Assembly (NCBI GenBank): GCA_964304625.1
Contig: OZ199840.1
Span: 7,819,744-7,883,743, forward strand
From: Kudoa neothunni
Taxonomy: Eukaryota; Animalia; Cnidaria
DNA length: 64,000 nt
Direction of reading: 5' to 3'
Below, in pieces: positions 1 through 11,376 of the stretch (positions are counted from its first letter, which is position 1; every line of letters starts with the position of its first letter). Both the position numbers and the translations under genes were made by a program. The notes under the pieces are model-generated. The model was not told the origin of the DNA. It was given only the letters and a program-made list of their open reading frames with translations, and did no database searches.

Positions 1-351
1 ACAATTGTACAAGTATTATGAATAATAATGAAATAAAGAGAGTAAAACAATTGTACAAGTATTATGAATAATAATAATGAAATAAAGAGAGTAAAACAAT
101 TGTACAAGTATTATGAATAATAATGAAATAAAGAGAATAATACACTTGTACAAGTATTATGAATAATAATGAAATAAAGAGAGTAAAACAATTGTACAAG
201 TATTATGAATAATAATGAAATAAAGAGAATAATACACTTGTACAAGTATTATGAATAATAATGAAATAAAGAGAGTAAAACAATTGTACAAGTATTATGA
301 ATAATAATGAAATAAAGAGAATAATACACTTGTACAAGTATTATGAATAAT
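1..351. repeat. 46-bp tandem minisatellite (about 7.5 units visible, truncated by the window start)
   Basis: Unit ACA(A/C)TTGTACAAGTATTATGAATAATAATGAAATAAAGAGA(GTAAA/ATAAT) repeats head to tail at 1, 47, 96, 142, 188, 234, 280 and 326. There are no unique spacers. Confidence 0.97.
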
Positions 352-380
352 GTCTGTAACAAAATATCCAAATGTGAATA

Positions 381-1744
381 TAGGGTTTCCCATCTAACTC
401 GGCACTTGTGCAACCAAACGCGGCACTTATGCAATTTAATCAAACACATCCTTTTAATAACACGAAAAAAGTTGATTTTAACATTCAAACCCATAATTAC
501 TATCATCACTGTTATTTATTCTAATATTATCTCTCTGTGAGAAGGCCTTGTGATATAACCAAGCATTTTTCGATAGAACCCATCACAATGTGTGTTATTT
601 CGCCTAAACATTCAGCAATAATTAATTTCAATGTTCTCGTCTTTACATTGCCTCCTTATTACTAAGTTTTTCCAGACAGAAAAAACGTTCTCAACAGGAT
701 TGAGAAAGGGTGAATATGATGGAGGCAGGTATTTTACGATTAAATTTTCCGCACCAATTATGTCCTGACGACCCCCGTAGTGATGGATTTTTGCGTTATC
801 CATAATAAATATTGGATCAAGGATCCCATTATTAAAACGGCTAGTTTTAAGCTCCAACAAGCAAGCTTTAAAGTCTTCGCCGGTTGCAGCCTTATCATGT
901 ATTTTATTATAAATCACGTAATTTTTATTGACTGCAGAAACCACAGAAATATTCCTACTACTAGCGGCCGTTACAAAACAATGAGCTGACTTGCCTCTCA
1001 ATGAGCGTCCTCTCTTGGGTCGGGTAACTACAGAAAATCCCACTTCGTCCAAAAATATCAGGCTTTCATGCATTGACGTGATTTCTAGTTCCCGAAACAT
1101 TTCTGCATTTAGGAACCGTTTTTCTATTGTGGTAGAACAATTCCTCCTTTAAGGAACTCTTACAACACACTTGAGAGTGTAATGGAATTCTCCGATTACT
1201 CTATCGACTGTACTGAGGTATACGGTAACTCCAAATTCGTCCTGGAGCTTTTGTTTCAATTCTTTTAAAATGATTAATGAATTTTCATCAATCCAACAGA
1301 TTATTTTTTCATTCTGATCAATCGAAAGAAGTGATCGTTTGTCTCCCCCTCTGGGTTTTGGAGCAAGAGTGTCGTTGTTTCTAAACTTAGATAATATCGA
1401 CTAAACCGTGGATCTCGGTAACCTCATTTCTGAAGCAATATAACTATCAGTTTTTCTATCCAATCAAAAATTGCACATTTTCCCCTTAAATCGGCAGAGA
1501 TGGTTTTTCTTAGTTTCCTTTTAGGTTGCGTATTTGATGTCGATCTAGCCGAATCGAATTGCGCTGAAACTATACACTCTGAGTCACTTGAAACTTCGCA
1601 CACATTTAAATTCAATTAGATTAACAAAAATTTGTTCGAAATCAATGCGTAGCGTTAACCGAGAATGCGCCTTGAAATCTATATCTTGGTTGCAAAAGTG
1701 CCGCGTTTGGTTGCATAAGTGTCGAGTTAGATAGGGAAACCCTA
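381..1744 (-). mobile_element. IS630/Tc1-mariner DNA transposon with a disrupted transposase
   Basis: ~54-bp TIRs: TAGGGTTTCCC(T)ATCTAACTCG... at 381-434 and its reverse complement at 1690-1744, flanked by TA at 379-380 and 1745-1746. The minus strand reads RGGDKRS..., EFHYTLK, FLDEVGF, FIMDNAKIHH, YLPPSYSPFLNPVEN (D-D-E triad), with an in-frame stop and frameshifts upstream of the 612-1100 ORF. Confidence 0.95.
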
Positions 1745-1817
1745 TAAAAGCAACAAATTCATTACACAATGTATATTATATAAATATAAAATAGTAGAGT
1801 AAATAGATATGAAATTT

Positions 1818-3095
1818 TTACAAAAAATGGGTTCTTTCTTGACGATTTTTACAAGCTTTTTTATTCTGAAAGTATAATCTGAGTAAAACAAACTTATTTC
1901 TAATTTTTTCAGACACATAAGAAACAAATTCAGGCAAAACAAGCACATTTTCTTGGTAGGTGGTATTTTTTTCAAAATATACAAAAATAGGATTGAGCCA
2001 GAAGAATATTCCGAAATTTTGTATCAAATAGTTGGGTGTGATTGGTTGTTCTTGGGGGCCATTGTCAATACAAAAGACAGTATGATCGATCATTGTTTGT
2101 GAGTCACCACGAGTAACAACCACAGTAGTATCGCCAGTGGGAATGGCCTGGGTGGAATTGGAAGTATCAATTGTTGTGGTTTGTGTGTTGTTGTCATTTC
2201 GGTTACCAGCATTATAAATCTCATATACAAACACAATTTGGTAGTACATCGTGAAAATGTGCCGACTAACCCACACACCAACAACTACATCCATAGTATA
2301 GTGCATATGACTGCAGAGGATAGTTAAAATAGCAAAGAATGCCCAAGCCCAAATAATAAACCGAAGCGGCTTATAATGTTTAGGAATATCTACAACAGAA
2401 AACATCATATAGACTTCGATTCGGCCAAATCAATTATTATAACATAAAATTTAATACAATAAGTAAAATTGCTTGCCAGTATGACCACAGAAGCAGCATG
2501 ACCACTGAACATGCTATCTCCACAACTGACCATACCAGAGTTCATCAATCCAAATGTTAATAGGACATACTTCAGATCATGCATTATTCCACGAAAACCG
2601 CGAAGAACATATTTCTATTCAACAACAACAACAACAATCAAATTACTATCATCAACCGACTATTAAATTAAATCCACAACATACTTCGGTGGGACATTTG
2701 CTTCGATCATTTGGAATAGGAAAGAATGTGGCCATCAACATTAAAAATCTCAACCAAAATGCTGTTCCAAATATCACCAATATTCTCTTTATGATCAACC
2801 ATCTCTTTTGGTGTACCACAATGAGGATAATGTTTATAGCAAAAAGTGCAACAATAGAACCTTCGGTAAACTAGACCAACCAAAGTAAATCAACAATAAT
2901 AATCATCAATAGAATTACTTCGAAAAGAAATTCGTACGCTGGAAACACATTCAACAATATGTCAGGCAATCTGTTGGCGTTGATCAGTTGGTTATCATTC
3001 ACTTTACGAGTTATAAGTAGTACAGACACAAATGTCAGTGTAGATCCAGCTGCACAATACAGCAATCCCACAAGCATCAAAAAGTACTCCCTCAT
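1818..3095 (-). CDS. Sphingomyelin synthase-family (SMS / lipid phosphate phosphatase-like) membrane protein, 4 exons, ~363 aa, no SAM domain
   Basis: Exons 3095-2919, 2870-2685, 2614-2458 and 2389-1818 are joined by GT-AG introns (48, 70 and 68 nt) that keep frame. SMS motifs present: RLPD, CGDSMFSGH and HMHYTMDV (catalytic H-H-D), plus several hydrophobic helices. Confidence 0.92.
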
Positions 3096-4174
3096 TATGT
3101 ATCAGCCTGATTGATTATTCGATTTCAATTATTGGAAACGTATTTTACTATCACTCTAACGTAGGTGGCAGTACAAAGGGATGATCATCTAGCTAAGTAG
3201 AATGTTGCGTAATCCTAACAAAGCTATTGTTGGCCGACGGTGTCACCGTTTGTGGTAGTCAATAGATATTTCTGTTAGTATAGATTTAGATGGAATTTAA
3301 TTTTAATTGTTGCAATGGATCGTGTGAAAGGTTGCTAACTCTGTTTAATCAGGTCTTAAATTTCACGCATGCGTACGCGCCGGAATTAGATGATTTTGTT
3401 TGTGGTTTCGCTACTGTTTTACGTCAAAATCATTGTTGTTTCTCTAATTAATGTAATGTACACTAATTCTGCCGAAGTTTTATATTTAGATTAAGTGATT
3501 AAATATATCGATGTTTGATTAAAACTTTCTTCGTGGTAGTTGATAACCTTATTTTATTTTACTCAATAAAATGTGTAAGTATAATATGGTGATCAAATAC
3601 GTTAAATGGCAAGGTTGCTGACAAAATTAAACATTTTTATGGATTTGAGACTTAAAATAACAGTTCTGTTCGTATGAACTATTTGAGGGAGTAGAATACA
3701 GGTAACAAATACGTTGGATGGAAAGATTTCAACTTTATTTTACGTAAATATTAAGTGGATTGGATTACCCGAAAAATAATTTTCAATTCATCACAGGTAT
3801 TATTCTTGTTTATTTTACGAACCTATTTAGTGACCCTTATATTAAAGAAAAATTGAAAGTTATATTGGCGTTAAATTAACACAGACATACATGCATAATC
3901 GAGAATATACGTAAATTTGTTTATCCAAATTGAAAGTTGTGATTTAGAACATTAGTTATGCCAATTTAATTCATGTTTGAAAAATATACAGTAGAACCTC
4001 GATTATCCGTCCGGAGGATATTTTAAATTTCATTCGGATTTTATTGAAATTACGTGTGATAAATATCCGATTATCAGGAAACTGGAATAACTATTTAATC
4101 ATAATTCCTGATAAAAATACCACCATCACCGTGCGACGTATACTATGTAGCATATATACCAGTGTAATATTTAA

Positions 4175-7086
4175 TACTGTATGGGCTTTGGGGTCTTTTG
4201 GACATCAAACCATAATTAATTTACCAAGTGTTATGTATGTAATAATCAGAAATTCGTATAATTATATCTAAAGTCGAATGAATAAAAATTATCCTCTAAG
4301 GCAGTGTTTCCCAACCTGGGGTCATATGACCCACATGTGGGACATGAAGAATTTTCTGACTAATTCGGATGACGCAAGAAAACGTGGACCCATGCCGTGT
4401 AGGATAGTAGGATACCCTTGAAATGGAGAATATTATTTAACTTCTGAACATAAGATATTTTAATATAATATAAATATTATATTGATTTAAGTTACATATT
4501 GGTGTTTCATGAGTAACAGAGTATATGTCAAGATGGGGAATGGTAACAAAACTTACCTCATCATGCGACCTGAAACTGTCAACACATTTCCTAAACAGGA
4601 AATACTCATCCTTTCATTCGTTTTTTCGGTACAAACGGAAATTAATTTAAACACAAATCAAACACATATGTGAGTTAATTTTTATATCCATTAAATTTTA
4701 AACACGTACGTAACTGCTAACTATTCGCTTGTTTCTTGGACCTATTTAATTTCACGCTGCAAAGCGATGTGATTTCATACGGGTTCCAATTTTTAATTAT
4801 ATAATACTTAAATAAAACTATTCAAAAAATATTGATATGAAGCGAACATTTGAAGAGAGTATAATTCTACTATAGAAAGAATTTTGTTAGTTCATAGCAT
4901 CAGTTTACAAGAAATTAAAGATTATTATTACTCGAAGTAATGTGCTTTTATTATTCAAAAAAATATAATCCGCACGTCCAAACCATATTTTCTACAATCC
5001 TTATAATATGTCAGTCATATTATTTATTATCAACTAAATAAATTTTTAAATATTTTATTTGACAGAAAATTATAATAGAACTAGACGTAAGTTATAGTAG
5101 ATTTAACTATGATAAATAACGTGCTTATGCTACAAAATATAAGAATGTATTGGAATATATATTATTTTTAATTTACAAAGAAAATTTGAACGAATTATTT
5201 CAAAACAATTTAAATTTTACATACTTTAGACTCATTTATGACTTTACATAGCGGATTCAATATAGATAATTAAGTCACCATGACAATTGATGGGAAATAA
5301 TGAACTTATGTTTTCACTTTAACTACAAATTAATTGGAAAAAAATGAAAAACCAAAAAATTTGTTTTTAAATAAAAGTACGATATTGATTGTGTACGATA
5401 TGTACACCAAATACAATATATATTGTAAATGAAGCATGTGCTTCTACAAGAAGTAGAATGAACTCCCGATTATTCTGAAAGTCATTAAAACTTATAATTA
5501 TATTTTATTGAGTTTAAAAAATAACTTGCTAATGTGCGACTAAATATTTTGTATGGATATAGAGAAATTATAAATAAAAACATATTTTGTGTTCATTGCA
5601 TTGATTATGTAGGAAAAAAAGGTAACAACTACTATTATTTTTTAAATTTTTATTTATAATATCGTTGAATCCAACAACTAATTTTGTAATAATAACTACT
5701 AATAAATATTACAAATAGAAAAATTATATTCAAAATGATTAAAGTGCGAGAATATCACGAAAAACATTATTAACCAAAAGTGATAAGTGAATATGGGATA
5801 GCTTGATGGTTTAATAATATTGGTTTCATGTGAAATATTATTACTTCAAAAATCCAGTAAAATTAGCGCTAAATAATATTTTTATATTAACAGATTAAAA
5901 ATAATTATAATAATATATTCAAGTTAAATTTTCACACATAATATTGGATACAAATACAATTTAAAAAATAATTTTTAATTCTAGTATACATTTACAATAT
6001 TTACGCGGGTAACCGGATATTTTTTTGAAAAAATATGAGTCATGGCTAAAAAATGTTGGGAAGCGCTGCTCTAAGGACTTTTGGGATCCAACGGACCCCA
6101 CGACGTTTTATAGTCAATATGCGTTAAAAATAAATACAAATGTAGCTATACAAATATTATTTATTTTAGTCACATATAGATTTATAAATATTCAATAATA
6201 TTAAAAAATGAATGTTTACTTTTCCTAAAGATTAATTATTCGCACACCACCGTTAATTAAAATAGGTATGGAAAACTTTCATTTACACCTAAAAAATAAA
6301 TTTATTGAATCGTAGAAAATAAATATAATCTATTTGAATATATTCAATAATTAAATTCAGTCTTCATTGAATGAAATCTTCCAAAAATTGATATGTTTGA
6401 ATATTTATCCACAAATTGTTTGTGAAAAAGATGAAATGCAATCTAACATGCTTTTAATGTACTGAGTACAATAGGAAATATTGTCAGGTGGTTTTCAGGG
6501 TATTTTCTGCGTCGATGCTTGATGTTATCTGTTTATTGAAGCCCCACATAACACCACTTTACTAATTATTGTGTCTTCAATATTTCCATATTCCATCAAT
6601 TTAGTGAAACTTTCAGATGATTCCGTATAATTTCCTTAAAACTCATTTCCTACATATGAAAATCCAATAAGATACTCATCAGTTCCATTCATTTTTTGTG
6701 CTGCCACCGACGGACGTGTGGCATTATTTGAACATAGTAACAATATAACCTCTTGAACAATAGTTTTGAATGTTTTTATTAAAAAATATCAATCATTAAG
6801 TCAGTTAACTTGAATTATTAATTTATCAAACATTTAAGATTATTCAGCATGCTTTTTTATATAGCGATTATTTGCGATCCATCCCGGCATCGTACCGAGG
6901 AGATTATAAAGGATTAATTACATAAATGTTTGGCTCTTTCCTCCAAATTTAGTCGACAGAAATTTTTTAAACTGAACAACTTTATATATATCTATATTTG
7001 TTAAGTTAATTCATTAAATAAAAGACTGGGGTCTTTTGGAACCCAAAAGTCTTTGGAGGGTGGTCGTTTATGCTGACCTTAGAGGG
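4175..7086. mobile_element. piggyBac-like non-autonomous element, copy 1 (interrupted by a hAT insertion)
   Basis: Flanked by TTAA (4171-4174 and 7087-7090), with right end CCTTAGAGGG|TTAA and subterminal GGGGTCTTTTGGA motifs. Segments 4175-4301 and 6077-7086 align colinearly with 59773-60943. Confidence 0.85.
4302..6068. mobile_element. hAT (Buster/Charlie-like) non-autonomous element
   Basis: TIRs CAGTGTTTCCCAAC... and ...GTTGGGAAGCGCTG, with a perfect 8-bp TSD CTCTAAGG at 4294-4301 and 6069-6076. Confidence 0.92.
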
Positions 7087-7894
7087 TTAAAACAAAAATA
7101 TTTCAAGGTCAGTTATTTATAAATTTTTCTTATAAAACTTAAATTAAACATTAGATTCTTATCAAATTTGTACTATATCTAAAAATATGTATGTATTTTA
7201 AACGAACATTATTTACCGATTATTTTAAAAAATAGAGTACTCCACTGTAGACGTATTTTGCTCTTATAATTATAAGCTGTTTCTTCTTTTAAGTTTCCAT
7301 ATTCTTAATTAATAAATATGCCGATATTTTTAATCTAAGTTGCAGAACGTAAATTATTTTATTTATTAAATAGTAAAAATAGTTTATAAATTAAATAATC
7401 AATCCTTTCAGTGGAAATATTTATTGAAATGTGCGCATACATAATTCTATGTGTTAGATTACCCAGAAAGAAAATTGCTGATCCTAATTTTTCCGGATAA
7501 TCGAGGTTTCATTGTGATTATAAACATTAAACGGATATTGAACCAGAAGCATACAATATAATTGTCAGAAAATTTCAAAAATTTACTGTAACTTGCTAAT
7601 TCTCCCCTCAAATAATTTATCATTATTGTTGATTTATAGCATTTTTTTCTCCATAGTATTGCGAGCCCGATCTTGGAAATTACGAACCACCCCTCACCCA
7701 CTTTACTTTGATTTAAAGAATACAAACTTAGTCATTATATAACTTTATTGTGTTAGATTAGGCATTGGCTATTATGATCCGTGTCAATAGCCACATCCTA
7801 CAAACATTCGTATCATGTTTTACGTAAATCATAAAATTTACATTCATACAGAGAATAAACTAAAATGAATAACTTAATGTTCAAATTTCATTTT

Positions 7895-9692
7895 GGCTGT
7901 GTTTATTTTGCCGGACACGATTTTTCTCCTAGAATAATAATTCAATCATTATCATTTTTTCCAAAAAAAGTATGTTATAAATGTAGAATATAAATTTAGT
8001 TTCATTAGCTCAAGGACGTACTTTAACATAGCCAATTGTTATCAATAGAATCCAAATGAAACCAAGTTGTTGTGTTGTATAACTATTTGACCCATTCACT
8101 CTTTACAATTCTTACAATAAGATAAATACTCCCACGAAATGATTTATACATCACTAAAATTTAATAAAATATTGAATTTTCTAGTTTTTAATTTGTAAAC
8201 AATTGATACTGTGTAACTTCATATAAACTTATATTTGAATCCTATATATCGACTTGGTTGTTATATTATTATCATCATTATAATAAAAAAATTGTTCCCA
8301 AAATATATAACTGTTTGTAATACATCTTTGATCTACTTCTCGACTTCATTACTGTTTGGGACTTTATTCCTATAATTTTGTGAATTTCGCAACATCGATG
8401 AAAATTATATAACTATAAATGATGGATAATTAACTGTAGAATCACTCACAATATCTAAGATTTCCATATAACTCATTTGTGATGTGTCATTATCTCGAAC
8501 TGCTTCTTGTATATCCACCGCTCCGTTTATGATTCCTCAGTAACGAAATGTAAATAAAAATTTTACTAAATATTCTCATTACTTGTTGGATCTAATTTTT
8601 TTTGTGTTGCTTATAATAGATTCAGACTTTAATATGGACTAAATTATGTTGATACGTGAATAATCGAGAGACTGAGCAAGAATAATTCATCAAAAATTTT
8701 GTTTATTAAATCATATTAAGTCCCCTTTGTTCAGAACTTAATGATGTTATTTTCTTACAGAGAATACTAGTTTCCTATATCGCTTAAATGTAGAATTCGG
8801 AGCATAGCATTAACTTGAAATTTCAGCAGTTTCTGGCTGCACACAACACAAATGATTCTGAATATGTATATCTTTGATCATTTGAATAAATGATATGTAA
8901 TATTTCTTGTGTCACATCATATTACATATTTTTTGTCTTATAAATCCATATTCATTTTCTTTCTTATAGAGATAATATGTCTACATGATAACTTTATACT
9001 TATGTAGAAGCAGCATGTGCAATTATAGAAATATGATTCGATTTAATTAACTATTTGGCTTACATAATATTGTATGCATATAACGATAATGATGTGTTGT
9101 ACTTATGCTAATGTCTGAGTTTAATTTTTCAACAGTTTGTGTTGTTAACTCTCTCAAAACTCTATCCTCACACTTGGTAAATAAACTAGAAAATCCATTT
9201 CAAAACTTCTATTGTTGAAAATTTTATGGTATATCCTACCCAGTAACAAAAGTGCTCACGCTTTTAGATGTATCCGTTGATTCTTTAACCTTTCCAAAGT
9301 TCGGGAATGTATCACCGACCTCTAGGTCTGGTATAATGCCTTGCATATGTAACGTTTGTCCAGACTCTCCTCCCATAATGAATGGACTCGGTACTATAAA
9401 CGTTACGGTTGTATTTTAAAGGTTGTTTTACTCGTTTATGGCGTTATACTACACACAATTAGCATTTTTAGAGAAATATTCACTGATTCATCCAAAACTT
9501 AAAGTATTTTGTATTGATACTTAACGAGAGTTAAGAATATCCTCGATGCATTTGGATGCCTAACTGTCACCTAAAAAAATAAATGAAACTAAATTTATAT
9601 TTTGCATTTTTAACTGATATTTTTTGGGAAAAATGATAATGATTAAATTATTATTCTAGGAGAAAATCGCGTCTAGAAAAATAGACATTGCC
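7895..9692 (-). mobile_element. Mutator-like (MULE) element, decayed
   Basis: ~80-bp imperfect TIRs beginning GGC and sharing ...TTTTCTCCTAGAATAATAATT(C/T)AATCATTATCATTTTT... The 9-bp TSD is TTTCATTTT (7886-7894) / TTTCATATT (9693-9701). Only faint minus-strand transposase-like scraps remain (NSTFK, NFH). Confidence 0.8.
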
Positions 9693-10099
9693 TTTCATAT
9701 TAATAAACGTTAAAATAACCATTACATCGCTGAAATCACCATATAACATAAAATATGCTTATTTGAATATTTTTAACTGCAATACTAACACATATTTAGA
9801 GTAAATTAATGAGCTGATATTGACGCTTACGCCATTTGTAAGTTGATTGAACATAATTTCAAGTTAAGGAGAAATGTTTTATTCCAAATAAACCGTTGGA
9901 TTATACAGTTTACATGTATATATAGAACGTTTTATTGATTCTATACGATTTATATACATTTTGTAATTAATATCTTATAATCTAATTGAAATGAGAAATT
10001 TGTTATTGAAAATGCATTATTGATTTTACGTACTTTACTGAGGTCATTTTACAGTAAAATCGAAAACGTTTCGGAAGATTTTACGAATCATCACATAAA

Positions 10100-10920
10100 T
10101 GAGTAAGATGGTAAGTTTTAAGAAATTATTCCTCTTAGAAAACATCGATAATAGAACAATTTTGTATTTTAAATACGTTCGTGAAAATATCGCAAATACA
10201 AATAAACGTTTGAAAAATGATGTATTTTTGATCAGCTATTTGACATGTTCGTACGGCAGGGTAATGAAGATGCCAACAAGAAAGGACACCTATGATAGTT
10301 ACCATCTTAGATGTATTGATTTTCAAAAATAATGGTTAATATGAAAGAAACTAATATTTCCGAGTTTACAAAATATCCTTCATAGAAAGGTTAATTTTTA
10401 ATGATCTACGCCATTCAAAACAAAGATTACTTCTCTAAAGTTACAATTTTATTAATATATATAGAGTCGTATGCTATTATATTTGAATGTAAGAGTATTA
10501 TTTATGACTTAATGGACTCAAAACTTGATGAAAAATAAAAAAAAATTGGTGATGAAGGAATTGTTTAAAAATCGATGAAAATTCTATCTCAAACCGAAAA
10601 TATAACATTAAATAAATACTGAAGAAGGAATATTATTGGATAAAAGACGAAAAGATGAGTATGGATATTGCTTCCTTGAAATTCCCTCCCCTAGGAATTA
10701 AAGTTTTCCCGTAAGGATATTCACTGAGAATGTTGACGATGATTCCAAAATATGGGTTGAAATAGGTTTTTTTCATGGGAACTGATCTATAAATGGAGAT
10801 TTGTTTCTAGCGAAACCGAAAAATACTAATCGAATTGTAGCTAATTGGGGAGCCTTCTAACATAAATGTCGAAACGCGACCCAAAAACACATGCAAGTTG
10901 GCTTAAATATATTTCCAATT
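10100..10920 (+). mobile_element. Merlin (IS1595/ISXO2-like) transposase remnant
   Basis: Broken frames read TCSYGRVMKM..RKDTYDSYHLRC (N-terminal Cys region) and KIGDEGIV*..IDENSISNRKYN, matching the Merlin IGGxGxxVEIDESxxxKRKYNRG motif. Ends not found. Confidence 0.65.
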
Positions 10921-11376
10921 TTTTATTTAGAATTAGGCCTAAAAATAAAGAATTGAGTACTATACGGAAATAAATATAATTCTATATTAAAATTAATATT
11001 ATGTCCGTTTTCTACTGAATGTTTTTTATTGAACTTTGTCACTATGATAAAAAATTATTTTTAGAGGATCTTCTTTTATTTTTCCAAATAAAATGTTTTA
11101 TAATTAATTTTCTAATAAATTTATTGAATAAGATAGAATTTTAAAATTAAAAAAAAAGTAAGTTTAAACATCCGGATTAAATGGGCTTAAGTTGAATTTT
11201 ACTCCAAAATCGTTGTAGGGTTAATTATGAGCGGATGACAATCTTGATCATGATTGTGATGGGTAATTCATTTTTAGTTGATCAAGTTTACTATTTGTTA
11301 AATTATTAATTTAGTAAATCGCACGCAACACAACTCATTTTTAATCCATCATTAGAATTAAGGGACTGGGGGTCGA

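Larger units (their letters stand above)
3989..7514. mobile_element. Non-autonomous Tc1/pogo-type element (outer layer of a nest)
   Basis: Left end TA|CAGTAGAACCTCGATTATCCG at 3989. The right end CGGATAATCGAGGTTTCATTG (7494-7514) is its imperfect reverse complement, followed by TG (degenerate TA). No coding remnant was recognised. Confidence 0.7.

Noticed and set aside
1-351. CRISPR-like array (regular repeats with a palindrome)
   Set aside because: The units are contiguous with no unique spacers, there are no cas genes, and the context is eukaryotic. It is a minisatellite.
2554-2874. Plus-strand 106-aa ORF with a polyQ tract
   Set aside because: It is antisense to SMS exons, and the polyQ comes from a (CAA)n tract inside an SMS intron.
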